NCBI GenBank assembly: GCA_051313645.2 | Contig: JBNRSN020000016.1 | Span: 3,348,001 to 3,412,000 of the forward strand | Source: Centroscyllium fabricii | Lineage: Eukaryota | Length of the DNA: 64,000 nucleotides | Direction: 5' to 3' | In this document: positions 48,194-60,619 of the stretch, one piece after another | Position numbering within the stretch: the first letter of the stretch is position 1 | Layout of the letters: the number at the start of each line of letters is the position of its first letter | Notes under the pieces: generated by a model | Told to the model about the DNA's origin: nothing | Database searches by the model: none | The model's input: the letters and a program-made list of their open reading frames with translations, nothing else | Translations under genes and position numbers: made by a program

Positions 48194-51022
48194 ATGCCAA
48201 TAACAGCTGCATGCCCTCAGAATCTGGTCCAGGCAGCCACAAGGGTCACAATTAATGGATATGCTTTTGATGCCCTAATTGACTCTGGTAGCACCGACAG
48301 CTTTATTAAGGGGCAAATCGTTAAAAAATTGAAACTGCACACTTATCCATCAGACCAGGCAATTGCAATGGCCCAATCTTCTCTTAATACTAGAATCTCG
48401 GGCTTCTTTATTGTGGACTTAACCCTTAATGGGCGCCTGTATCCCTCCACCCGTCTCTCAGTCCTTAAGGATCTATGTAGTGATATAATTCTGGGACTAG
48501 ATTTCCAAAGACAACATAACAAGCTGACCATTGAGTTCGGGGGTTCTAAACCCGGACTCATTATCTCTAAATCATCCAAAACGCCATTTTGTGCACTGTC
48601 AGCAGCCTCTCTGGACGAACCATCGTTATTTACCAGCGTTATGCCTCAGTGCAAGCCGATAATAACTAAGTCTCGGCGCTTTAGTCAGGAGGATCGATCC
48701 TTCATTAATACAGAAATCTCTCGACTCCTGGCCGAGGACATCATTGAACCTTGTTCATCGCCTTGGCGGGCTCAGATTGTCATTGTTAAAAACTCTTTGA
48801 AACCTCAGAAGAAACGCCTATGTATCGATTACTCTCAGACCGTTAATCTATATACAGATTTGGATGCTTACCCACTGCCACGTATCGATGATATGGTGAA
48901 TAAACTGGCTGAATATTCTGTATTCTCAACTTATGACCTGCAGAGTGCTTACCATCAGGTACCCCTACGGGCCTCGGATAAGAAATATACAGCCTTTGAG
49001 GCTAACGGACGATTGTATCAATTTTGCCGTCTCCCATTCGGAGTCACCAACGGAGTAGCCGTCTTTCAACGAGCCATGGATGGCTTGGTGAAGCAAGAAG
49101 ACTTGAGGGACACTTTCCCTTATCTCGACAATATTACGGTTGCTGGCCATGACCAACAAGAACATGACGACAACCTTCGAAGATTTCGGGATGCACTTTA
49201 TCGTCGCAATCTGACTTTAAATGAAACCAAATCCGTGGAATCACAGCCAACCATTAATATTCTCGGCTACTGTGTGGGTAATGGCATCATCAAGCCTGAT
49301 CCTGAAAGACTTCGGCCCCTCCAGGAGCTTCCTCCACCTAACAGTCCTGCTTCCTTGCGTCGGGCCCTCGGCCTATTTGCCTACTATGCGAAGTGGATTC
49401 CGGATTTTTCTGACAAAATTCAACCTTTGTTGAATGCCAGGACATTTCCATTAGGAACAATGGCCATTACAGCCTTTACTACCCTTAAACAACATTTGAA
49501 GACAGCAACCCTCCACTCCATCGATGAGAACCTTCCATTCGTGGTCGAATGTGACGCTTCAGAGGTGGCGATCTCAGCTACCCTCAATCAGGAAGGTCGC
49601 CCTGTAGCTTTCATGTCTAGGACCCTACAGGGTGCCGAAGTGCACTATCCACCGGTGGAAAAAGAAGCCACGGCCATCATTGAGGCTGTACGAAAATGGA
49701 ACCATTTTTTAGCTCGCCGACACTTCACGCTGATAACGGACCAGCGATCAGTAGCGTTCATGCTGGACAATCGCAAAAGAACCAAAGTCAAGAACAATAA
49801 AATACAACTGTGGAGGATGGAATTGGCCTCTTTTGGCTATACTATTCACTATCGCCCTGGTAAAGATAATGTGGCCCCGGACACTCTTACTCAAGCATTC
49901 TGCGCTGCTACATCACCCTCCACTCTCGCAGATATTCATGATGGATTATGTCATCCTGGTGTGACACGTATGTTACATTTTGTAAGGTCACGAAATCTCC
50001 CATTCTCAACCGGAGACATCAGGAAAATGTGTTCGGAATGCAGAACCTGTGCTGAGCTAAAACCCCACTTTTTTCGGCCCCCTGATGGTGTACTTATACA
50101 TGCGACACAACCAATGCAACGACTGAGCATTGATTTTAAGGGCCCAGTACCCTCGTCCACTAGGAACATATATCTGCTTACGATGGTCGACGAATATTCA
50201 CGTTTCCCATTCGCCTTCCCCTGCTCTAATATGCTGTCTTCCACAGTAATCAATTGTCTCGAACAGGTATTCACGCTCTGTGGCATGCCAGCTTACATCC
50301 ATTCGGATCGGGGTCCATCTTTCATGTCCACTGAACTTAAGGACTGCCTCTCGGAAAGAGGTATCGCGACAAGCAAAACAACACCATACCACCCCATCGG
50401 TAACGGCCAGGTAGAACGATATAATGGCATCATATGGAACTCTGTACGCCTTGCCCTGAAATCCCAGGGTCTACCCAACCAGCAATGGGAGATGGTGTTA
50501 CCAGATGCATTGCACTCCATACGGTCCTTGCTTTCCACAGCCACGAACACGACGCCTCATGAACGGTTCTTCAGTTTCCAGCGTCGCTCATCGTATGGAG
50601 CATCACTCCCTTCATGGCTGACCACTCCAGGGCCCGTATTGCTCCGGAGATATGTCCGAACCTCCAAGCATAACCCTCTTGTGGACGAGGTAGAACTAAC
50701 GGAGGTCAACCCCACCTACGCTCACATACGACACCCTGACGGACGAGAGTCTACAGTATCGTTGCGGGACCTGGCACCCTGCCCATCAGGACCTAGAGGG
50801 TCATCTAGGGATAATACCCTACCGGGAACCTCCAGAGAACCACTAGGTACCACTCTTCAGGACCCCGATCAGGCACCAATGACCTTTGAGCCAGTAGGAT
50901 CCCGCACTCGGAGCTTCGACTCACCTGGTACCTCATTCCAGGATGCTGCTCAATCCTCGACTGACACGGAGCCCATAGGGGCTCGTACGCGGAGTCATGA
51001 TCCTCTCTGTGCCCCATGCTAA
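48194..51022 (+). CDS. Gypsy pol polyprotein (protease, RT, RNase H, integrase)
   Basis: LIDSGS (PR); LPFG..YLDN (RT); ECDAS..EKEA..TDQ (RH); HHCC plus IDFKGP..VDEYSR..SDRG..NGQVER (IN). 942-aa open frame. Confidence 0.93.
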   Translation: MPITAACPQNLVQAATRVTINGYAFDALIDSGSTDSFIKGQIVKKLKLHTYPSDQAIAMAQSSLNTRISGFFIVDLTLNGRLYPSTRLSVLKDLCSDIILGLDFQRQHNKLTIEFGGSKPGLIISKSSKTPFCALSAASLDEPSLFTSVMPQCKPIITKSRRFSQEDRSFINTEISRLLAEDIIEPCSSPWRAQIVIVKNSLKPQKKRLCIDYSQTVNLYTDLDAYPLPRIDDMVNKLAEYSVFSTYDLQSAYHQVPLRASDKKYTAFEANGRLYQFCRLPFGVTNGVAVFQRAMDGLVKQEDLRDTFPYLDNITVAGHDQQEHDDNLRRFRDALYRRNLTLNETKSVESQPTINILGYCVGNGIIKPDPERLRPLQELPPPNSPASLRRALGLFAYYAKWIPDFSDKIQPLLNARTFPLGTMAITAFTTLKQHLKTATLHSIDENLPFVVECDASEVAISATLNQEGRPVAFMSRTLQGAEVHYPPVEKEATAIIEAVRKWNHFLARRHFTLITDQRSVAFMLDNRKRTKVKNNKIQLWRMELASFGYTIHYRPGKDNVAPDTLTQAFCAATSPSTLADIHDGLCHPGVTRMLHFVRSRNLPFSTGDIRKMCSECRTCAELKPHFFRPPDGVLIHATQPMQRLSIDFKGPVPSSTRNIYLLTMVDEYSRFPFAFPCSNMLSSTVINCLEQVFTLCGMPAYIHSDRGPSFMSTELKDCLSERGIATSKTTPYHPIGNGQVERYNGIIWNSVRLALKSQGLPNQQWEMVLPDALHSIRSLLSTATNTTPHERFFSFQRRSSYGASLPSWLTTPGPVLLRRYVRTSKHNPLVDEVELTEVNPTYAHIRHPDGRESTVSLRDLAPCPSGPRGSSRDNTLPGTSREPLGTTLQDPDQAPMTFEPVGSRTRSFDSPGTSFQDAAQSSTDTEPIGARTRSHDPLCAPC

Positions 51023-52472
51023 AATGCCAATGGGCCATCGACAAGCTTGGTACCTTCTCCCGACCAAGGGCAGATCAACTCTGAACCTGTTGGATCTCGC
51101 ACACGGAGCCATGATTTCCACTACCCATCGCCGGGTAATCCAGGCCATGTTGGATTTGACCCAGATTCGAAGACCCGCAAACGGCCCAGTAACTCAGACA
51201 TTGACCATCAAGACAGTCTACCAACCCAAGAGAGCGAACTTAAACGTATGCGGCTCCTCATACAACTGCTTCAGAATATTTGATTTCTGCCTCATAATCT
51301 TCTAGGAGGGAAGAATGTAATGATATTGAGACTTCCGGCAGGAAGTCGGATGAACTCTGCTTATGAACTTCCAGTGACATCACTTCCTGTACATGTCACT
51401 TCCTGTGTAGTAGGATAAATTCTGCTACTATTCAGTCTGAGATAATGCTTCTCTATGTAAATATGTTAAAACTCTCAACTCTGTAAATAGCTGATTAAAG
51501 CTTTGCTTAAAGTATTTGATGTGTAAGTCGCTTTTGTCACATCACATACGATGTAATTAAATCAATGAACACAGGTAACAAATGTGCAGTTAAAATCAGA
51601 GACAAACAAACAAAATATTTCTCACAGGGTCGTGGCGTGGCACAGGGCTCGTCTAACTCACTGACTCTTTTTAATATTTATATAAATAAACTGGCAAAAC
51701 TACTGGAACAATCTACAGCACCTGGCCTCGCCCTACATGACTCTGAGGTTAGATTCCTCCTCTATGCAGATGATCTGGTTCTGCTGTCACCAACAGAAGA
51801 GGGTCTACAGCAGAACCTTGATCGGCTAGAGTCGTTCTGCCAGAATTGGGCCTCGACAATAAACCCCCAAAAAACTAAAGTTCTTGTGTTCCAGCAAAGA
51901 TCCAGACATCAGGGAACCAAAACAAACTTCACACTAGGAGCAACTAAAATGGAACAAACTACAAACTATACCTACTTAGGCTTAAAAATCAGTTCCACGG
52001 GAAATTTTCATTTGGCTGTGAATGAACTGAAAGAGAAAGCAAAAAGGGCTTTCTATGCCATTAAGAAGTCAATCCAAATAGAAATTCCAATTGGCATTTG
52101 GATCAAAAAAATTTAATCAGTAATTGAACCAATCGCACTTTATGGCAGTGAGGTGTGGGGTCTGCTAACACACCACGAATTTGCAAAATGGGACAAACAC
52201 CTAATTGAGACTCGACATGCTGAATTCTGTAAGAGTATCCTCCGGACTCAGAGGAAAACCACAAACAATGCATGCAGGGCAGAGTTAGGCCAATATCCAC
52301 TATTAATTAATATCCAAAAAAGAGCCATCAAATTTGGAAAACATCTAAAATTGAGCAACCCCCACAGCTATCACTACAAAGCCCTGAAATGCCAAGAAGC
52401 GAACATAAAGAAAAGTCCCCTCAGCCAACTGGTCCTGGGACTCAGCGAAGTAACTACTAACACTATTGGTAA

Positions 52473-53258
52473 TGGCCCTGTCACACCTTGACATTTTAGC
52501 CAGCGTATGCAAATTTGGCTAAAACGCTGGGTTACATCGGATACGTTATGGGTACGTTTTGCATACGTTAAGAGCACGCTGGCATACGCTGGCCATAAGT
52601 TGCATACGTCGTTGTACTCCGAGTAAGTCGAGAAATTTTGAGCATGCACAAAATTTCTCGACGTACCTTGCGTATGATTCACACGTTCCGCATACGCTGG
52701 CCATACGTTGTAGGCACGTTAGGCGATCGTTGACACACGTCGACACATGTTACTTGTAAGTTAGTCATAAGTCAAAATACGTCGAGATAATGTCTAGCGT
52801 ACCCGGAACTTATTTCTAACCTATGAGTAACGTGCTTTGAACCTATGTGTAACGTATCTCCAACGCATATTGACGTATTTGACGTCTTCCGGACGACCAC
52901 AGAACTTATGCCCCTGTCATGCCCTGTCACACCTTGACGATTTAGCTAGCGTATGCCGACGTATCAAAATTTATCTAAAACATCGGCGATACGCTGCCGC
53001 GCGCTATGCATACATTAGACTATCGTTGGGCATAAGTTGTGAACGCCGACAACACGCTAAGCATTCGTTGGTATAAGTTATCTGTAACTTATCGAAACGT
53101 TCTGTGTACGTTACTAATACGTTATGCATACGTTATGCGTACGTCCAACTCGTTATGAATACGCTATTATACGGCCAAAACTGAAAAAAACATCGATAGT
53201 TCAGCGTTTTAGCCAAATTTGCATATGCTGGCTAAAACGTCAAGGTGTGACAGGGCCA
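52473..53258. mobile_element. PIF/Harbinger-like MITE, ~57-bp TIRs, TAA TSD
   Basis: TAA|TGGCCCTGTCACACCTTGAC...GTCAAGGTGTGACAGGGCCA|TAA. The empty-site sequence ggTAAcaacc is visible in unit F. Confidence 0.85.
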
Positions 53259-54224
53259 TAACAACCAGCCCCAGGACAGTGACATCCTAGCCCACAGAAT
53301 TTGACCCAACACAATTATTACTAAACAAAGAGAAAAATATTTGACATACTGGACAGAAACGACAAAAACCCAAAACAAACTAGATTGTTATTTGGCCCTA
53401 AACAGACAGTACACCATGGCTGATTACCTGACCATGGTGAAAGATAGCAAACTGAGAAAAACCCTGACAATGTACAGACTTAGTGAGCACAGCCTAGCCA
53501 TCGAAAAAGGCAGACACAGAAAGACTTGGCTGCCCAGAGAGGAAAGGCTGTGCTCCCACTGCAGTCAGAGAGTGGTATAGACAGAGCTGCACTTCCTCAC
53601 AACTTGCGAAAACTATCAGGGAATAAGGGGAAATTTCTTCCCAAAATTTGTAACATGCCCTGAATTCAAAAATTTGAACGACCACCAAAAACTCCCATAT
53701 CTATTGGGGGAACAGAGGGACTGTATAAAATTAGCGGCAAACTACGTCACAGCTTGCCATAAGCAGAGGGACAACCAGTGACCATTGAAGCTAGGAAGAG
53801 CATACAAGATCTATATGCGGGTATATATGTATGTGTTTGCATAGTTATTCATTCAACACGTCTGGTTATGCATTTGTATGTCCAATTGTATATGTTCTTT
53901 TTAGATCTACATGTGGGTTTTTATGTGTATGTGTATGCATAGTTATTCATTCAATACGTCTGGTTATGCATTTATATGTCCAACTGTATATGTTCTTTTT
54001 CTGTGCTTTGGCAACATAGGATGTATCTTGTCATNNNNNNNNNNNNNNNNNNNNNNNNNNNNNNNNNNNNNNNNNNNNNNNNNNNNNNNNNNNNNNNNNN
54101 NNNNNNNNNNNNNNNNNNNNNNNNNNNNNNNNNNNNNNNNNNNNNNNNNNNNNNNNNNNNNNNNNNNNNNNNNAGAGAGGGAGAGTCAGATAGAGAGAGT
54201 GTGAGAGAGAGAGAGTGAGAGAGA

Positions 54225-54755
54225 CTCAGTAACCATAATCTAGAAATAGAAAAGGGACGCCATAGGAAGCACTGGAAACCAAGAGAGGAGAGGATATGTA
54301 AAAACTGTGATTCAGGAGAGATAGAAACGGAATTCCACTTTCTTCTCTCATGCCCAACATATGAATCTCTCAGAAGGGCTTTCCTAAGTCAAGTTAGAAA
54401 CAGTATCCCATCATATGACAGCAAAACATGTGATGAAAAAATACGCATATGTCTGGGAGAAACATCAGAACTTCTCGAGTTAGCTGCAGAATATGTGACA
54501 GCATGCCATGATGCAAGAGAACACTTGAACATTGGACATCTCAGTCCCAATCTGATCACAGCTAAACCACTGTGACAAACTGCATTTAAACTATATATCT
54601 ATTGATATTATTACTGATGCTGTTGTATATATTCTGTTTGTACTGTTGTTATTACGTCTATTAATGTACTATTTTTGTGTATATTACAATGCTTTGGCAA
54701 CAACGGTTGATACCATTCATGCCAATAAAGCTATTTGAATTTGAATTTGAATTTG
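54225..54755 (+). mobile_element. RTE-X-like unit C (3' fragment)
   Basis: LSNHNLEIEKGRH..REERICKNC...ETEFHFLLSC, 3' stem-loop and (ATTTGA)n tail. Confidence 0.82.
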
Positions 54756-54830
54756 TGAGAGAGAGTCAGAGAGAGAGAGCGAGAGCCAGAGAGAGAGAGT
54801 GAGTGAGAGAGTCAGAGAGAGTGAGAGAGA

Positions 54831-57800
54831 CAGGGAAATGTGCTACTATGTAGGGACCTGAATGCGAGGACCGGATGTGAACCCGATTACATAGACCCAC
54901 ATGGCAACAACCATGTGTTCGGTCAAACCCCCTTGTACGTCACACCAACCATCACCAACCGGAACAACCTTGACTGTGAAATAAATAAAAGTGGCAGAGA
55001 GGTAGTGCATCTCTGTCGAGCCTTAGGCCTGTACATAGTTAATGGTAGGTTCAGAGGGGACTCGCAGGGGAGGTTCACATATTCCTCAGCTCTTGGGTCT
55101 AGCGTGGTGGACTATGCAATCACTGACATGGACCCCTGTACTATCAGTGCATTCACTGTTAGGCAGCAATCCCCTCTCTCAGGCCATAGCCAAATCAATG
55201 TGTACCTAAAATCTTCTGTTCAAACTAAAGACATAAAAAAGGAGCCCAGTAAGCTGTATAAAATAAATCAGACATACAGATGGGCTCCAGACAGTGGAGA
55301 TAAGTTCATCATGGCCCTGAATACACCTGACCTCACAAATAAAATATCAAAATTCAAGATAAACCTATATGAGACTACCAGAGATGGTGTAAACATGGCC
55401 ATAGATGACATCAACATGATCTTTCACAGGGCAGCTATTAAAGCTGACCTTGTGAAACAGAAAAGAAAAATTATTAAAAAATACAACCATGAAAAATGGT
55501 TCGACCACGAGTGCAAAAGTGTCAGGAAAGATCTGAGAAGGATATCGAACCAAAAACACCACCAACCAAACAACCCAGACTTGCGTATTAGATATAATGA
55601 AACTCTCAAAAGATATAAACACACTACTAGGAACAAAAAACAAAATTACACCCACAAAAGACTTGAAGAGATTGAAAACTCCATAGATCAAAACCAATTC
55701 TGGGATATGTGGAATAATCTGAGCACAACAAAACCACAAACATTACCAATTCAAGATGGTGATATCTGGAGAGCACATTTTGAAAACCTATATAAAGACA
55801 TCCCAATAAATAAAATAAACTCAAATTACTCTCATACCAAAGAAAAACTCCAAGCATTAGAAACAACAATTAAAGACTACCAAAACCCTCTCGACTTCCC
55901 GATTACTTCGGAAGAATTGGTCACAAAAATAAAATCTCTCCACTCAAAGAAAGCCTGTGGTACAGACATCAAAAATGAAATGCTCAAGTACAGCACTCCA
56001 GAGATGCAGGACGCAGTGCTCAGGCTATTCAACCTCATATTACGTTCGGGCTATTTTCCTGATAATTGGTGTCAAGGGCTTATTTCGCCCATTTATAAGA
56101 GCGGAAACAAATCAGACCCAAACAATTACCGTGGCATCTGTGTCAGTAGTTGCCTAGGGAAGTTATTCTGCAGTATTATAAATAGTAGAATGCAGGATTT
56201 CCTTAGCAAACATAATATCCTCAGTAAAAACCAAATTGGCTTCCTTCCGAAACACCGCACCACTGACCATATCTATACCCTTCACACTCTCATTGGAAAA
56301 CATATACACCAAGCAAAAAATGGTAAAATATTTGCATGTTTTATTGACTTTAAGAAAGCATTTGACTCTATATGGCATGAAGGGCTCTATTACAAACTTC
56401 TCCATTGTGGTATAGGAGGAAAGGTATATGACCTTATTAAATCAATGTATCTGAACAATAAATGTAGTGTTAAAATTGGGGACAAATGCACTGGTCTCTT
56501 CACCCAGGGGAGAGGCGTCCGGCAAGGCTGCAATCTGAGCCCGACACTGTTTAATGTGTATATAAACGATTTGGCAGTAAAGTTGGACCAGAGCGCAGCG
56601 CCGGGCCTCCGTCTTCTGGACGGAGAGGTAAAATCCCTGTTTTATGCGGATGACCTGGTTCTGCTGTCTCCCACAGAACAGGGACTGCAGCAACAGTTAG
56701 ATCTACTCGATGAGTACTGCCAAAATTGGGCCCTGACAGTAAATCTGAAGAAAACCAACATCATGATTTTTCAAAAAAAAAACAGATGTCAGGAAGACAA
56801 ATACCAATTCACTCTTAAAGATACCATTATCGAACACGCTATGAGCTACACTTACCTTGGTCTAACCATTGCAGCATCAGGGAGCTTCAGCATGGCAGTG
56901 AATGCACTAAAAGAGAAAGCTCGAAGGGCTATGTATGCAATCAAAAGAAAATTCTACAACATCCAAATTCCAATTAAAATCTGGCTTAAAATATTTGATA
57001 GTGTAATCCAACCCATTGCGCTTTATGGTAGTGAAGTATGGGGTTCGCTCAGTCATCATAGTTATGTTAAATGGGAAAAACACACAGTGGAGGCCCTACA
57101 TGCGGAATTTTGCCGGAGCATCCTCCGCACCCAAAGGAAAACACCAACAAACGCATGTAGGGTGGAATTAGGCAGATACCCACTGATAATAAATATCCCA
57201 AAAAGAGTATTAAATTTTTGGAATCACCTTAAATCTAGTCCCCCAGACTCCCTCCAGTTTAAAGCCCTCCAAACCCAAGAGCGGAACCCAGAAAAGAGTC
57301 CCCTGTGTCAGTTGGTATTGAGACTAACTACCCCTACTCAGTCAAACCTTGACCAGTCTCAGATCAACACTGCTTTCCAAACACCAATTAGAGTGGACCA
57401 AATCATCAAAAAATGCAAAGAAACCTATTTGGAACATTGGGATAAAGCAACCAAAAACCAAAGCAGATTAGAATGTTACCGTGCCCTAGAAAGAGATTAT
57501 AAATTGGCAGACTATCTTTCAACTGTCAGAAATATAAAGCAGAGACAGACCCTCACCAGGTACAGACTAAGTGACCACCAGTTGGCAGTCGAAAAAGGAA
57601 GACAGAAGAAATCCTGGCAGCCAAGAGAAAATAGAATATGCGGTCACTGCTTGACAGATGAGGTTGAAACAGAGATGCACTTCCTCCTAAAATGCAAAAA
57701 ATTCAACAAAACAAGGAGAACCTACTTTGACAAACTAAGCCTGGCAATCCCAGATTTCAAAGAACTAGATGATATCTTAAAAGTAAGAATAATCCTTGGC

Positions 57801-58147
57801 GAGGGAAATAGGGCACAGCTTGGTGCACAATACGTAACAGCATGCTACAACCTGAGAGACAGTGAATGACCAACATGCACACATGCACGCACACACAAAC
57901 AGAGACTAATCAACACTAATTATTATACTGTTTGAAACTGCAATGACATGTAGCAACCGAAAAAAGGTTACAGATGTGTATATATATATATATATATACA
58001 CATATATACAGGGGCATATCTGCCCATACATTGTATACCTGTATCTGTATCTGTATTTATGCATTTTAACTATGTATGTTATGTTTTATACTTTGGCAAC
58101 ATAGGGATATATCCTGTCATGCCAATAAAGTTTTTAAATTGAAATTG
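54831..58147 (+). mobile_element. RTE-X-like unit D, 5'-truncated with an uninterrupted 1009-aa ORF (54840-57869)
   Basis: Partial APE (DLNAR, VDY), RT (IDFKKAFDSIWH, GVRQG, FYADD) and C-terminal CGHC..HFLLKC. Confidence 0.88.
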
Positions 58148-58195
58148 AGTGAGTCAGGCAGAGAGAGAGAGTGTGAGAGAGTCAGAGAGAGAGAG

Positions 58196-60290
58196 CTCAT
58201 TTTACGTGCAGGCGATTTTCCAGATATCTGGTGCCAAGGGCTTATCTCGCCCATCTATAAGAGCGGAAACAAATCAGAACCAAACAATTACCGCGGCATA
58301 TGTGTCAGTAGCTGCCTAGGAAAGCTATTCTGCAGTATTATAAATAGTAGAATGCAGGATTTCCTCAGCGAACATAATATCCTCAGTAAAAACCAAATTG
58401 GCTTCCTCCCGAAACACCGCACCACTGACCATATCCATACCCTTCACACTCTCATCGAAAAACATATACACCAAGTAAAAAATGGTAAAATATTCGCCTG
58501 CTTTATTGATTTTAAGAAAGCATTTGACTCTATCTGGCATGAAGGGCTCTACTACAAACTTCTCCATTGCGGTATAGGAGGAAAGGTATACGACCTCATC
58601 AAATCAATGTATCTGAACAATAAATGTAGGGTTAAAATTGGGGACAAATGCACTGGTCTCTTCACCCAGGGGAGAGGCGTCCGACAAGGCTGCAATCTGA
58701 GCCCGACACTGTTTAATATATATATAAACGATTTGTCAGCAAAACTAGAACAGAGCACAGCGCCGGGCCTCCGTCTTCTAGACGGAGAGGTTAAATCACT
58801 GTTCTATGCGGACGACCTGGTTTTGCTGTCTCCCACAGAACAGGGACTGCAGCAACAGTTAGATCTACTCGATGAGTACTGCCAAAACTGGGCCTTGACA
58901 GTAAATCTAAAGAAAACAAACATCATGATTTTTTTTAAAAAAAACAGATGTCAGGAAGACAAATACAAATTCACCCTTAAGGATACCATTATCGAACACA
59001 CCATGAGCTACACTTACCTTGGTCTAACCATTACAGCATCAGGGAGCTTCAGCATGGCAGTGAATGCACTAAAAGAGAAAGCTCGAAGGGCTATGTATGC
59101 AATCAAAAGAAAATTCTACAACATCCAAATCCCAATTAAAATCTGGCTTAAAATATTTGATAGCGTAATCCAACCCATTGCGCTTTATGGTAGTGAAGTG
59201 TGGGGTTCGCTCAGCCATCATAGCTATGACAAATGGGAAAAACACACAATGGAGGCCCTACATGCGGAATTCTGCCGGAGCATCCTCCGCACCCAAAGGA
59301 AAACACCAACAAACGCATGTAGGGCGGAACTAGGCAGATACCCACTGATCATAAATATCCAAAAAAGAATATTAAATTTTTGGAATCACCTTAAATCTAG
59401 CCACCCAGACTCCCTCCAGTTTAAAGCACTCCAAACCCAAGAGCGGAACCCAGAAAAGAGTCCCCTGTGCCAGGTGGTGCTGAGACTAACTACCCCTACC
59501 CAGTCAAACCTTGACCAATCTCAGATCAACACTGTTTTCCAAACACCAATTAGAGTGAACTAAATTATCAAAAAATGCAAAGAAAAATATTTGGAACATT
59601 GGGAAAAAGCAACAAAAAACCAAAGCAGACTAGAATGCTACCGCTCCCTAGAAAGAGACTATAAATTGGCAGACTATCTTTCAACTGTCAGAAATATAAA
59701 GCAGAGACAGACCCTCACCAGGTACAGACTAAGTGACCACCAGTTGGCAGTCGAAAAAGGAAGACAGAAGAAATCCTGGCAGCAAAGAGAAAATAGAATA
59801 TGCGGTCACTGTTCGACGGATGAGGTTGAAACAGAGATGCACTTCCTCCTAAATTGCAAAAAATTTAAAAAAACAAGGAAATCATACTTTGACAAACTGG
59901 GCCTAGAAATCCCAGATTTCAAAGAATTAGATGATACCCTAAAACTAAAAATAATCCTTGGCGAAGGAGACAGGGCACAGCTTGGTGCACAATACGTAAC
60001 AGCATGCCACAACCTGAGGGACAATGACTGACCAATATGCACACATGCACGCACACACAGGCAGAAAATGACCAACATTGACTGTGATATTGATTGAAAC
60101 TGCATTTAAGCTATATATCTACTGATATTACTACGGATGCGGCTGTATATACTCTGTTAGTACTGTTGTTATTACGTCTAATAATGTATTTTATATATAT
60201 GTTATAAATGTATTTCTATGTATGTTAAAATGCTTTGGCAACAAAGGTTGATACCATTCATGCCAATAAAGCTATTTGAATTTGAATTTG
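58196..60290 (+). mobile_element. RTE-X-like unit E, 5'-truncated, one premature stop at 59561-59563
   Basis: Closely similar to unit D in the coding region; (ATTTGA)n tail. Confidence 0.88.
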
Positions 60291-60346
60291 AGTGTGTGAG
60301 AGAGTCAGAGAGAGAGTGTGAGAGAGTCAGAGAGAGAGAGTGTGAG

Positions 60347-60381
<35 letters not shown>

Positions 60382-60588
60382 CGGAGAGAGTGTGTGAGAG
60401 AGTCAGAGAGAGAGTGTGAGAGAGTCAGAGAGAGAGAGTGTGAGAGAGTCAGAGAGAGTGTGAGAGAGTCAGAGAGAGAGAGTGTGAGAGAGTCAGAGAG
60501 AGAGTGTGAGAGAGAGAGAGAGTCAGAGAGAGAGAGTGTGAGAGAGTCAGAGAGTGTGAGAGAGAGAGAGAGTCAGAGAGAGAGAGTC

Positions 60589-60619
<31 letters not shown>

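Larger units (their letters stand above)
46944..51544 (+). mobile_element. Complete Gypsy/Ty3 LTR retrotransposon
   Basis: 229-bp TG..CA LTRs (46944-47172, 51316-51544) with 3 mismatches by eye. 5-bp TSD CATAC; PPT aggagggaagaa; domain order gag then PR-RT-RH-IN. Confidence 0.95.
44307..54034 (+). mobile_element. RTE-X-like unit B: degenerate near-complete ORF2 (APE-RT-CCHC) interrupted by PLE, Gypsy and MITE insertions
   Basis: MKSLRISTWNIQG at 44380, then CGDLN, IDFQQAFDSIWH, LYADD, AELGQYPL and RLSEHSLAIEKGR..C..C..HFL..C; stop at 53779-53781. The 3' stem-loop runs into the N gap. Clade assignment is from motif recall. Confidence 0.8.

Noticed and set aside
58076-58195. N-terminus of the 495-aa ORF
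   Set aside because: Fortuitous read-through of unit D's 3' tail and the GA satellite into unit E.
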